Part shown: positions 1 to 11,565 of the stretch, in pieces
Layout of the letters: every line of letters begins with the position of its first letter
Numbering within the stretch: position 1 is the first letter of the stretch
Source of the DNA: Cetorhinus maximus
Lineage: Eukaryota
DNA length: 64,000 bases
Assembly: GCF_964194155.1 (NCBI RefSeq)
Contig: NC_135889.1
Coordinates: 70,060,001 to 70,124,000 of the forward strand
Direction of reading: 5' to 3'
The notes under the pieces: model-generated
Told to the model about the DNA's origin: nothing
The model's input: only the letters and a program-made list of their open reading frames with translations
Databases searched by the model: none
Position numbers and translations under genes: made by a program

Positions 1-470
1 TTGGCAGGAAGAATGAAAGAGAGGCATATTATCTAAATGATGACAGATTGCAGAGGTCTGAGATGCAAAAGGATCTGGGTGTTTTAGTGCATGAATCACA
101 TAAGGCTAGTATGCAGGTACAGCAGGTAATTAGGAAAGCTAATAGAATGTTATCATTTATTGCGAGGGGAATTGAATACAAAATTAGGGAGGTTATGCTT
201 CAGTTATACTGAGCACTGGTGAGACCACATCTGGAGTACTGTGTACAGTATTGGGCAGCTTATTTAAGGTAGGATGTAAATACATTGGAAGCAGTTCAGG
301 GAGAGTTTACCTGACAAATATCTGGAATAGGCGGTTGTCTTTTGAGGAAACATTGGACAAGCTAGGCTTGTATCTGCTGGAGTTTAGAAGAATAAGAGGT
401 GACTTGATTGAAACATGTAAGATCCTGAGCGGGCTTGACAGGGTGGATGTGAAGAGGATGTTTTCTCTTG
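1..470 (+). mobile_element. CR1 LINE ORF2 C-terminal fragment (degenerate, runs off window start)
   Basis: Conceptual translation gives ALVRPHLEYCVQYW and LGLYLLEFRRIRGDLIETCKILSGLDRVD; very similar to the CR1 at 28300-28770. Confidence 0.9.
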
Positions 471-682
471 TTTTGAAAAAGACGTTTTGTTTTCTAATGA
501 ATCAATAATTCTGAGTTTATTGAAAGAAGCCTGGTTAAAGTGTATTTTATTTTGGGTCTAACTGATACAAAGGTAAATAATTGGCCATTCTGGTGAGTGA
601 ATTAAACAGTTAAACAAATGGCGTGACCAGCGGAGTAGTGGGGCTAGATAAACTGCGCACTCCTCCCATCCCGGTCGTAACA
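471..682 (+). mobile_element. LTR 3' end fragment
   Basis: Ends ...cccggtcgtaaca; clearly homologous to 35901-36115 (gagtttattgaaagaagcctggttaaag ... aactgcgcact..catcccggt.gtaaca). Confidence 0.65.
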
Positions 683-689
683 GGATTCA

Positions 690-1135
690 CGTAAACTGCT
701 GTCAAAGACTATCAGCCCACATCAATGAGGAGCTTGGCCATGTCAATGACTCAAAAAATTATTACAGCCTTCAATTTATATGCAACTGGTTCCTTCCAGT
801 CTGCTTCGAGTGACATCAGTCACATCAATCAGTGAGCTGTGTATTAAGAAGATTATCGATGCCCTGTTCAAGCAAACATCTAAATTAATCACATTCTCAA
901 TGGACCCAGAAAAACAGAAGAATCAAGCAGTCAACCTCTAGACTTTCAGCACTCCCCAGGTATAGAGTACTATTGATTGTACTCCTGTGGCAATGACTGC
1001 TGTGATAATCCACTTAGTTTTAATCCAGAAAAGATTCCAGTCAATTAATATGCAAGTGTTGTGTAATGCCAGTCACATCATTTTGCACCTCAATGCCTGC
1101 TACTCAGGAAGCTACACATGCTTATTTATACTGTG
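690..1135 (+). pseudogene. Degenerate PIF/Harbinger DDE transposase fragment
   Basis: Translation across stops: KIITAFNLYATGSFQSASSDISHINQ ... TIDCTPVAM ... FQSINMQVLCN ... LNACYSGS; not in the ORF track. Confidence 0.75.
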
Positions 1136-1508
1136 TCGATCAACCAGTGTTTAGCGAAGACTGTTGAGCCGATTTTATCTTGGTCTGTAGGATTGGAAAA
1201 GCTGGTAGTGATCCTAGGATCAAATGTTGCACTTAGTGCCCTGTTCCCATCCCTCCGCTCCCCACCATTTCACCCAGAGCATGTACCTGGGTGCCTAGGT
1301 TCATGCCTGAATTTGGCAGCTGTCTCATTAAATTATAAAAATTGGGGTCCTGTGACCCTGAATGCAATTTTGAGGTAAAAATGGGCATTGTACATTCACA
1401 GAATGACCCAGGAAGTATGTATTTTTGGTGGGGCCTAGGCCCCACTGGGGCGCCTCTGGCACATTCAAGGCTCCCCAGGATGACCTCTGCTGTTGTCGCC
1501 TCCCACCT

Positions 1509-2160
1509 TTTTATCTTTTTTTATTCATTCATGGGATGTGGGCTTCGCTGGCTGGGCTAACATTTATTGCCTATCTCAAGTTGTCCTTGAGAAGGTGGTA
1601 GTGAGCTGCCTTCTTGAACTGCTGCAGTCCATGTGGTGTAGGTACACTCACAGTGCTGTTAGGGAGGGAGTTCCAGGATTTTGACCCGCCGACAGTGAAG
1701 GAACAGTAATATCTTTCCAAGTCAGGATGCTGAGTGACTTGGAGGGGAACTTTCGGGTTGTGGTGCTTCCATCTATCTGCTGCCTTTGTTCTTGTAGATG
1801 GTAGTGGTCGTGGGTTTGGAAGGTGCAATCTAAGGAGCCTTGGTGAATTCCTGCAGTGCACCTTGTAAATGGTACACACTGCTGTTACTGTGCATCAGTG
1901 GTGGAGGGAGTGAAAGTTTGCGAATGTGGTGCCAATCGAGCAGGCTGCTATGTCCTGGATGGTGTTAAGCTTCTTGAGTGCTCTGGGAGCTGCACTGATC
2001 CAGGCAAGTGGGGAGTATTCCATCACACTCCTGACTTGTGCATTATAGATGAAGGACAGGCTTTGGGGAGTCAGGAGGTGAGTTACTCATTACATGATTC
2101 CTAGCCTCTGACTTGCTCTTGTAGCCACAGTATTTATATGGCTCATCCAGTTCAGTTTCT
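1509..2160 (-). mobile_element. 5'-truncated non-LTR retrotransposon 3' end (CR1/L2 group, clade uncertain)
   Basis: ORF 1571..1879(-) SFTVGGSKSWNSLPNSTVSVPTPHGLQQFKKAAHYHLLKDN; tail cccacatcccatgaatgaataaaaaa; further copies at 20964-21396, 42138-42530, 63513-63615. Confidence 0.8.
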
Positions 2161-3209
2161 GGGCTCCAACTGTCAGTAACTCAGTGGGGAGCTGGCTAAT
2201 TTCCTGTCCTCCCAAATTGGTGAGCTGCAGCAAGGCGATATTTTGGTGCTTGCAGTTTATTGGCAGAAGAGAAGTGAACTGCAGACTTCTGAATGCCTCG
2301 GGCCTTCAGCAGCAGAGAATGGGCCAATGGCAGGGTTACCTGCTGCCTGCCTTTTCTGTACCTGTATTTAAGTCATCTCTGCTGTGTCAGTACAGGTAAC
2401 TGGAGTCCAGAGAAACTCCCTGCTGCATTGGTTAATGGCATTTTAAAATTTTTATTGAGCTGACAATTGGAATACTGAGAGATCTATTCCATAAAGTCTA
2501 ATAATTTATGTACAGCAGCAGATTGATAAATGTGTGCAGTTGTGGTAAATGTGAAAGAGAAACCTAACATGCCTAGCCTATTCTAGACTTTGTGAAACTT
2601 GGCATTTCTGATATTGCTTCTGGCCTATGGAAAGATGATAATTGCATGAGCGAAAACAACCTTCCAGTGATCTCTCTAGCAGATTTTGATTGACAACTTG
2701 AACAGAAGTATATTGATTATAACTGCTGATTGCAGAAGTTGGCTTTTCACACTCAGGCCTCTAATAAAAGTCACCAGTTAAACAGCATCTGAATAAGGAA
2801 AACATGAAGCTACAGTTCCCTTCCTTATACCCACAAACTGCAAAACCATGTTCTGAATTCACCTTGCTAATTTGCCTTCATTTACTGTGTAAAAACTTGA
2901 GCAACTAGACTGTTTAGATTGTGTATCAATTGTAGATTATTTGGGTGGTGGGCTTGTTTAAATTGCCATGGATAGTGAAACTTTTATTGTTGATTAATAT
3001 GCTTTCTGTCCTCATCTTTGCCATCGTTAATAAGTGTTTAAATGGTTTATTTCATGCAGCCTTCCATTGAGAGAACCTGCATTACAACTATTCGTCCACA
3101 ATTAGTTTACTTATCTATAAAAATGTTAAGAGGGTCTGTGGAGTTTTGCACCTCAAAGTCTGCATCAAAATGCCACACCACATCAAAAAGTGTAAGTCAC
3201 AGATTCACA

Positions 3210-3326
3210 GGCTGGAATTTTAGGACCCCGCCGTGGTGGGAATGGGGTCCATAAAATGCGACGACCATCCTAAACTCCATTGACTTCAATGGAACCGTAA
3301 AATCCCGCTGTCATAAAATTCCACCC
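3210..3326. mobile_element. Short Harbinger-type MITE
   Basis: TIRs ggctggaatttta / taaaattccaccc; internal ccattgacttcaatgg palindrome, with ccattgactt also at ~54631 and ~39268. Confidence 0.65.
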
Positions 3327-4732
3327 GTAAACCTAGGGGAAAAATTAATGATTGGCAGAAATTACTATAGTTAATAATACTAATCAGACTATTCCATTGA
3401 TTAAATGCAAATCAATCAAAAATTACTTCTATTTACAAAAGTGGTAGGAAAGATCAGGGATAGTCAGCATGGCTTTGCCAGAGGGAGAACATGCCTAACA
3501 AATTTGATTGAATTTTTTGAGGAGGTGACCAGGTGTGTAGATGAGGGTAGTGCATTTGATGTAGTTTATATGGATTTCAGCAAAGCCTTTGACAAGGTCC
3601 CATATGGGAGTCTTATAAAGAAGGCAAATGTACATGGGATACAGGGTAATTTGATAAGGTAGATTCAAAATTGGCTTAGTTGTAGGAGGCAGAGGGTGAT
3701 GACAGAAGGATGCTTTAGTGACTGGAAGCCAGTGTCCAGTGGCGTACCACAGGGATCTGTGCTGGGTCCCCTAATATTTGTCATTTATATAAACAACATA
3801 GATGACTATGTGGGGGGTAGGATTAGTAAGTTTGCGGATGACACAAAGATTGGCTGGGCGGTTAACAGTGAGGTTGAGTGTCTTGGGCTACAGAAAGATA
3901 TAGATGGGATGGTCAAATGGGCAGATAAGTGGCAGATGGAATTTAACCCTGAAAAGTGTGAGGTGATACACTTTGGAAGGAGTAATTTGACAAGGAAGTA
4001 TTCAATGACACTAGGAAGTTCTGAGGAACAAAGGGACCTTGGCATGTGTGTCCATAGATCTCTGAAGACAGAGGGGCATGTTAGTGGGGTGGTGAAAAAG
4101 GCATATGGGACACTTGCCTTTATTAATCGAGGCATAGATTACAAAAGTAGGGAGGTCATGTTGGAGATGTATAGAACCTTAGTGAGGCCACAGCTGGAGT
4201 ACTGTGTGCAATTCTGGTCGCCACATTATAGGAAGGATGTGATTGCACTGGAGGGGGTGCAGAGGAGATTCACCAGGATGTTGCCTGGGATGAAGCATTT
4301 AAGTTATGAAGAGAGGTTGGATTAGACTTGGGTTGTTTTCGTTGGAGCAGAGAAGACTGAGGGGTGACCTGATTGAGGTGTACAAGATTATGAGGGGCAG
4401 GGACAAGGTGGATAGGGAGCAACTGTTCCCCTTAGTTGAAGGGTCAGTCACGAGAGGGCATAAGTTCAAAGTGAGGGGCAGGATGTTTAGGGGGATGTGA
4501 GGAAAAACTTTTTTACCCAGAGGGTGGTGACGGTCTGGAATGCACTGCCTGGGAGGGTGGTGGAGGCAGGTTGCCTCACATCCTTTAATAAGTGCCTGGA
4601 TGAGCACTTGGCACAATATAACACTCAAGGCTATAAAAACAAAAAACTACTGCGGATGTTGGAAATCCAAAACAAAAATCGAATTACCTGGAAAAACTCA
4701 GCAGGTCTGGCAGCATCGGTGGAGAAGAAAAG

Positions 4733-4772
4733 AGTCGACGTTTCGGGTCCACACGACCCTTCAACAGAACTG
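4733..4772 (-). ncRNA. Minimal type I hammerhead ribozyme motif in Penelope pLTR (variant core CUGUUGA)
   Basis: Minus strand cagtt-CTGTTGA-a-GGGTC-gtgtg-GACCC-GAAAC-GTC-gact. Confidence 0.7.
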
Positions 4773-5150
4773 AAGTATAGTTAGGAGAGGGGTGAAATAT
4801 AAGCTGGTTTAAGGTGGGGGGCGGGGGGAGAGAAGTTGAGGGTGGGGTGGTTGTAGGGACAAGCAAGCAGTGATAGGAGCAGATAATCAAAAGATGTCGC
4901 AGACAAAAGGATCAAAGATGTGTTGAAGGTGGTGATATTATCTAAGAAAAGTGCTAATTAAGAATGGATGGCAGGACACTCAAGGTACAGCTCTAGTGGG
5001 TGTGGGATGGAAAGATTGACAAGGTATTAGTTGTAGGTTTAAAAATAATGGAAATAGGTGGGAAAAGAAAAATCTATATAAATTATTGAAAACAAAAAAA
5101 AAACAAAAAGGAGGGGGAGGAAACGGGGTGGGGATGGGGGGAGGGGGAGT

Positions 5151-6303
5151 TTAAGATCTAAAGTTGTTGAATTCAATATTCAGCCCGGAAGGCTGTAAAG
5201 TGCCTAGTCGGAAGATGAGGTGCTGTTCCTCCAGTTTGCGTTGGGCTTCACTGGAACAATGCAGCAAGCCAAGGACAGACATGTGGGCAAGAGAGCAGGG
5301 TGGAGTGTTAAAATGGCAAGCGACAGGGAGGTTTGGGTCTTTCTTGCGGACAGACCGCAGGTGTTCTGCAAAGCGGTCGCCCAGTTTGCGTTTGGTCTCT
5401 CCAATGTAGAGGAGACCGCATTGGGAGCAACGAATGCAGTAGACTAAGTTAGGGGAAATGCAAGTGAAATGCTGCTTCACTTGAAAGGAGTGTTTGGGCC
5501 CTTGGACAGTGAGGAGAGAGGAAGTGAAGGGGCAGGTGTTGCATCTTCTGCGTGGGCATGGGGAGATACCATAGGTGGGGGTTGAGGAGTAGGGGGTGAT
5601 GGAGGAGTGGACCAGGGTGTCCCGGAGGGAACGATCCCTACGGAATGCCACCACGGGGGGTGAAGGGAAGATGTGTTTGGTGGTGGCATCATGCTGGAGT
5701 TGGCGGAAATGGCGGAGGATGATCCTTTGAATGCGGAGGCTGGTGGGGTGATAAGTGAGGACAAGGGGGACCCTATCATGTTTCTGGGAGGGAGAAGAAG
5801 GCGTGAGGGCGGATGTGCGGGAGATGGGCCGGACACGGTTGAGGGCCCTGTCAACGACCGTGGGTGGAAAACCTCGGTTAAGGAAGAAGGAGGACATTTC
5901 AGAGGAACTGTTTTTGAAGGTAGCGTCATCAGAACAGATGCGACGGAGGCGAAGGAACTGAGAGAATGGGATGGAGTCCTTACAGGAAGCGGGGTGAGAG
6001 GAGCTGTAGTCGAGGTAGCTGTGGGAGTCAGTAGGCTTGTAATGGATATTGGTGGACAGTCTATCATCAGAAATTGAGACAGAGAGGTCAAGGAAGGGAA
6101 GAGAAGTGTCAGAGACGGACCATGTGAAAATGATGGAGGGGTGGAGATTGGAAGCAAAATTAATAAATTTTTCCAGGTCCCGACGAGAGCATGAAGCAGC
6201 ACCGAAGTAATCATCGATGTACCGGAGAAAGAGTTATGGGAGGGGGCCGGAGTAGGACTGGAACAAGGAATGGTCCACATACCCCATAAAGAGACAGGCA
6301 TAG
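5151..6303 (-). pseudogene. Penelope RT-GIY-YIG ORF with a single in-frame stop
   Basis: ORFs 6234..6437 and 5151..5897 share a frame; my manual translation between them is open (LFLRYIDDYFGAASCSRRDLEKFINF...PFLDLSV...YKPTDSHSYLDY); TAA at 6234-6236. Confidence 0.85.
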
Positions 6304-6529
6304 CATTCAAGGCTATGGGCCAAGTGCTGGTAAATGGGATTAGGTAGGTAGGTCAGGTGTTTCTCACGTGCCGGTGCAGACTTTATGGGCCGAAGGACCT
6401 CTTCTGCACTGTGATTCTGTGAGATACCAATTGGCAATGAATAAGTATCCCAAAAATGTAATTTTGTTTAAAAGAAATGTGGAAACAACAAGCTCAAAAT
6501 AAAGTAATCAAATTACTCAAATAATGGCT

Positions 6530-7520
6530 GGAATGGTCCGTGCCCACTGGCATCTGGCATCGGGAACTGGTCAGTCACATCTGCCAGCTACTGCAGGATT
6601 TTGTGCCATGTGGACATGGAGGGCATCTGCTGCCAGTGGCTGTAAAAGTCACAGCAGCGTTCAATTCCTACGCCAGTGGCTTCTTTCAGGGCTCCACAGG
6701 TGATCTCTATGGGATATCACAAGCCTCCACCCATAAATGCATCCATGAGGTCACGGATGCCATCTTCGCAAGGGCGCACGACTTTGTGCATTTCACCCGG
6801 GACCAGGAGAGCCAGGATGTAAGAGTGATTGGATTTGCCCAGATCTCGGGTTTCCCACAGGTGCAGGATGCCAGCGACTGCACTCATGTGGCACTCAGAT
6901 CTTCATCGCAACACGCATGTCAATTGCAAGGGGTTCCATTCGCTGAATGTGCAGCTGGTGTGTGACCACCACAAATGCATCCTGCAGGTCTGTGCATGGT
7001 TTCCAGGGAATATCTACGACGCCTACATTCTCAGTCGGTCACAGGTCTCTGACGTCTTCCAGAGTCCACAGAAGCTGCAGGGATGGTTCTTCAGGGACGA
7101 GGGCTACCCGCAGAGGCTCTGGCTGATGGAACCCATGCGGCAGCCTCAGAGTGAAGGTATAGCGAGGCTCATGCTGCAACTCGTAACTTGGTGGAGCAGT
7201 CCATTGGGATGCTGAAAATGATGTTCTGGTGCCTGGACCAGTCTGGTGGAGCCCTGCAATACAGTCCACAGATGGTGTTACACATCATTGTCACCTGCTG
7301 CGCCCTTTACAACTTGGTGCTGCAACAGTGAGAGGAGCTGGTTGAGGAGGAGATGGAGGTCTCCTCCAATGAGGAAGTCGTCGATGGGGATGAGGGTGAG
7401 GATGCCCTCGAAGGTGATGATGACGGTGATGAGGCCCTCGCATTGGCCAGACCAGGCAGGCGCCCTTGGGAGGCCTTCATAGTTGCTAGATTTGTGGAGG
7501 ATGATGATGACATGCAATGA
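6530..7520 (+). pseudogene. Harbinger (HARBI1-like) DDE transposase, frameshifted
   Basis: LPVAVKVTAAFNSYASGFFQGSTGDLYGISQ; DCTHVAL; NCKGFHSLNVQLVCD; FPGNIYDAYIL; DEGYP; VEQSIGMLK; ALQYSP; CCALYNL; acidic tail. Confidence 0.9.
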
Positions 7521-7995
7521 GGAGACACCATAAGATCCTCATATTGCAACGTTTGACTCCAGTCTGGCTTATGGCAGCTCACATACCCTCTGTGAGAATG
7601 CTCCTGTCTTGAAGACACAGTGGAGGCTCTAATAGTCACTGGTTACAGATGTTGAAGAGATGGGGGCCAGCCCCACCTTAAAGGTGCTGAGAGCCACAGA
7701 GGATGACAGAACTCTGTGACACCTGCCCACGACATTCTGGCAGCAATGACAAGCACTGTCGAGGTGCAGGCATCAGTAATGTTTCTGGGGAGTGTGAGGC
7801 CGGACCATCACTTTAGCGTGAAGGCTGTACAAAGCACAGGGAAGAGGTCCTAGATTGAGACACATCTTATGCAGAAAGGTTCCACATCTGAGTAACACGA
7901 GCACTGCTCATCAGGCAGAGAGATATTCTTGGGAATTTAATGACAATAGTGAACATTATGTACAAGCGATTAACGTCCATGCCCAGGATGTGCAA

Positions 7996-9635
7996 CTACA
8001 TCTTCTTAACTTTCCTAACCCTGCCGCTACATTTTGGTGCTCCCCGGGCACCCACAGTGGAGGTGGAGGCAGCCTGTTGACTGCTACACTCCATCTGTGA
8101 TGACCTTGATGGGCATGCTCTGGAGGGCCGAGACCTAGAAGGCCTCGGCCTGCTTTCAGGGTCCTGCTGTGTGGCAGTGGCACCTTCCTCAGCCTGTGGA
8201 GCTGGAGCTGCTGAGGTCACAGGAAGAGGGGTTTCGGATGGACCAGTCACTCCCGGACTCACCTGGGTGGATGGCCCTGCAGCGTGCACCTGTTGACCCT
8301 CCTCCCTATGGGTACCCAAGGGCCCCTCACTGACTCCTTGAGGAGAAGGGGTAGCTGAAGTAAGATCAAGCTGTCCTGCACTCATCTGGCATACACTGTG
8401 TTGGAGGCCAACGATGGCGTCAGCGATGGAGTTCAGCCCGCACAGCATTACAGGAGTGACATCCTGGATCAAGGTGTCCATGGCGGCTGCGATCCTGCCA
8501 GTGTTGACCTCATTGGCATGCTAGTGCTATCACCTCAGACTGAAGGCAGTTGGAGCCCTCTATCATGCCTTGCAACCTGTGGTGTGCAGCGGACCTCCTT
8601 TCCTGATGTTCCTGAGCTTGCCTTTGCAGCTCCAGCAACTGTGACATGACTGAGTCCAGGGGCTCATCATCTGACTCAGACTTAGGAAATTTCTGGCCTT
8701 CAGCCATCCTCTGAGTGCCAGAGAACTGGGAAGTCCCTGCCACGACCTGCTGTGGATCAGAAAGTGTGATGTGATCACCAGATTGTGATCCCGAGGCTAC
8801 TCTAAAGCTAGTTCCCACTGAGGCGTGTGTCTCTGCACTGGTGGAGGGTGTGGGTGAATGCAGTAATGGGACTTCAAGGAGGGTGCCTTCAGATTCCACT
8901 TCAGAGGTTTCTTCAGGGCTTGATTGGAGGCCCAGGGTCATGGAATCTGTTGGCTGTTTGGCAGATGTGCCTGCAAAAGCAAGGAGAGATAATTAGTGCA
9001 TGGGAGTGGCCTGTGAAACAGGAAACATCACTCACAGCATGGTTGTCTGGTGGATGTTGCATTGCTGGATCCTCACTTGGTAGAGCAGCGCCGACCTCAC
9101 CATCAGCACAGGAATGGTCCAGATCCAAGCCGGTCAGCTGGATGGCTCTGTTTTCAAAGTCCGTGAAGAACTTGATTTCAGGCATTCCTCCACCAGTCTG
9201 CAACCTCTCCCTCTTGTGTGCCAGCTTGTCCTGCATGAATAGAGATGGAGGGAGTGTAAGCAGAATGCCTGCCAGGCCAGATGATAAGTATGCCTGGCAT
9301 ATGTTGGCGGTGATGTCCCTTGAACCAGCAGTGAGTGAGGGCCTTGTGGATGCATGATGAGCTTGTGACTGTGTGAGCCGAGAGTAACTTACCCTGGTGG
9401 AACAAAGGAGATCATTCATCCTCTTGCGGCATTGGGTAGCTGTCCTCTTTTCCAGGGTATTGGCGCTGACCACCACTGCCACTGCCTCCCAAGCCAGATT
9501 AGTGATGTTGCTAGCCGTCCTGCAGCCAGAGCGAGGGTAAAGGACAACACGGCCAGCCTCCACCGCGTCCAAAAGGTATTCGAGGGATGCGTGATTGTAT
9601 CTGGGGGCTGCAGCCTTCTTGCTTTTCACGGCCAC
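7996..9635 (-). pseudogene. Harbinger Myb/SANT-like (trihelix) DNA-binding gene, 3 exons (9635-9393, 9230-9077, 8970-7996)
   Basis: AWEAVAVVVSANTLEKRTATQCRKRMNDL; splice sites AGG|gtaagt, atgcag|GAC, CAA|gtgagg, ttgcag|GCA; tttaaa TATA-like motif at ~9693; start codon is GTG where the 16995 copy has ATG. Confidence 0.85.
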
Positions 9636-9837
9636 GTCTTATTTGCAGCAGTTGTGGGCCGGAAGCACTGAGAGGAGTGTGCGCGGCTGGACTTTAAATA
9701 TGGTGCCTGGCATGATAAAGTGGCGAGGTGATGGCATGGCAGGCGAATGAGAAACTTCTTTATCCAAAGAATGTAAGAATGAGGAACTCATTACCATGGA
9801 ATGGTTGAAGCAAATAGTATATGCATTTAATGGGAAA

Positions 9838-10400
9838 CAAATCAGAGATGCTCAACAGGGCAGAACTGGAGGAGCGCAGGAATTTCAGAGTCCTGGGGTT
9901 GGAGGAGATTACGGAGGTGGTGGCAGGTGAGGCCATGGAGGGATTTGGAAACAAGTTTGAGAATTTTACAATGAAGGTGCTTAAGCAGAGGGCAATTTAG
10001 GTTGGTGAGTATAGCTGTCGGACCTGTATCTGGGAAGCTCGGGACTGGACTGTGCTGGATTTAGGGATTTTACGGATTTTGGGTCCTAGGCGTAGCGTAT
10101 ACTTATAATACATAAAATAAAATGTGAAAAATAAAGAATGAAAGCGTTTTATTCAAATTGCTACCCAGGGCACCAGCTTCAAAAGTAGCCGTTTTTGGGC
10201 CCTACTGGAGTTTGGATGCCACATAAGGGTTTCTATACCTGTACAAGGACTTGGTGCAAGTTATGACACAGGCAGCAGAGCATCGAATGACTTCAACTTA
10301 CAGAGGGTAGAATGTGGGAGGCCAGCCGGGAGTGCGCTGGAACGGTCAGGTTTGGAGGAAACAATATGGATCAGGATTTCAGTATTGGAGACAGGGGTGT
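9838..10400 (-). mobile_element. Degenerate L2 LINE fragment interrupted by a TA-flanked MITE
   Basis: Purine-rich antisense L2 3' ORF sequence (ggccatggagggatttggaaacaag; ggcagcagag...cagagggtagaatgtgggaggccagcc). Confidence 0.6.
10012..10241. mobile_element. Probable Tc1/mariner-pogo (Tigger-like) MITE
   Basis: Flanked by TA (10010-10011, 10242-10243); ends tagctg... / ...tacctg (CAG..CTG-type, degenerate TIR); L2 sequence continues on both sides. Confidence 0.45.
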
Positions 10401-11107
10401 TAAATACCCATATTGCATTATAACAGCCGGGTGTAAAATTTGTAAATAACGATTGTGAGGCTTGATTAACTGAAGAATGATCATTATTTCAACCTCTGTA
10501 CAATTTAAGCAATTTAAAAAAAATTATTAATTGGTGTTGCTAGAAATTTGTTTTTCTATTTGAGTTGCTAAATGGACATTAATGCTGTATTTGATCATTG
10601 CAGCCAATGTTAGTAGCCTCGATTTTATTTTTTTGGCAATATTTTTGTCATAATAGCCGTTGGTAGCATTTAGGCAAATTGACATGAAGTGGGTTCTATA
10701 TGTATATTTTCTCCAGTTCAGTATTTCAGATGTAGATTTGGACACATCTAGAATCTGTGGTGGGAGCGTAAGATTACATATATGTCATAAGAGGTGTGCT
10801 ACATCAAGAGGGTAACTATCTCAAAATGTAGCCTCAACAGATATTTGAACCCACCACTAATATTTGCAAAGGCTTAAAAAGTAGAGGACTAAAGGAGACA
10901 TGGAAATTTAGGGAAATGGAACTCAAGGTGCAGGTATGAGTTTGCAGGCAAATGATGGAACAATCCAATAACAGTTCATCTATATTATGATTTCTGAAAT
11001 AGAAGTGGTTGTGAAGAATGTTGCTTTCTGTTGTTAATGTTATATTAATTGTATTTAATTGTATGCAGGTGATGTTCATTAACTGGGGATTCACTTGTGC
11101 CCGCATA

Positions 11108-11177
11108 AGCTGTGGCTCAGTTCATAGCACCCTCGCCTTTGAATCAGAGGGTTGTGGGTTCATGTCCCACTCCCGGA
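11108..11177 (+). mobile_element. tRNA-derived SINE head (Deu-type SINE fragment)
   Basis: tggctcagttcatag A-box-like and gggttcatgtccc B-box-like motifs; no cloverleaf 3' end. Confidence 0.6.
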
Positions 11178-11565
11178 AAAAAAAAGTCAAGAACTGTGAA
11201 TGTACTCAGAGTTACACAGTTGTTGGAAAAGATTTAAAATGGAACCGAATGAAATTGTGGTTGTTTTGTGAGGAAATGCATTTTGTAATGTGTATCAGTA
11301 AATAAATGTTTATAAAGATGTGAAAAGGTTGGCTGTAGGTCTATCCTTTATCACCTGGCTTTCTGGAGTTTAGTATGGTGGTGGAGTAAGGTTGCCCACA
11401 GATGGAGGTTGGAAACTAAAAGAAAAGATTTTCGGATTGCTGGAGTAAGCCATTTTACAAGCATTAATGGCCTCTATTGAGATACCAGTGAAGTTATATA
11501 TTCTGTTAGGTGAGTATTAATTGCATCAAGTGAAAATAATCAGAGAGAAAAAAATTGTTTTAAAG

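Larger units (their letters stand above)
4635..6303 (-). mobile_element. Penelope-like element (RT C-terminal half, GIY-YIG endonuclease, pLTR tail), 5'-truncated
   Basis: RYIDD RT motif at ~6210-6225; NLVYCIRCSQCGLLYIGETKRKLGDRFAEH GIY-YIG; TSD cactcaaggctat (4622-4634) / cattcaaggctat (6304-6316). Confidence 0.95.
3440..6425 (+). mobile_element. 5'-truncated CR1 LINE (RT to 3' tail), split by a Penelope insertion at 4635-6303
   Basis: RT motifs DFSKAFDKVP, GVPQGSVLGP, KFADDTK; 3' UTR resumes at 6304 and matches the uninterrupted copy at 25760-26095. Confidence 0.95.
6530..9750. mobile_element. Two-gene PIF/Harbinger transposon remnant (transposase on +, Myb/SANT gene on -, convergent); termini lost
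   Basis: Convergent arrangement of the two genes listed below; no TIRs found. Confidence 0.85.

Noticed and set aside
5477-6310. 277-aa S/P/T-rich ORF and overlapping + strand ORFs
   Set aside because: Alternative-frame and antisense shadows of the Penelope ORF, caused by its CT-rich composition
6530-9635. Domesticated host HARBI1 / NAIF1 genes
   Set aside because: Frameshifts, a lost start codon, multiple dispersed copies and TIR-bearing relatives indicate transposon remnants
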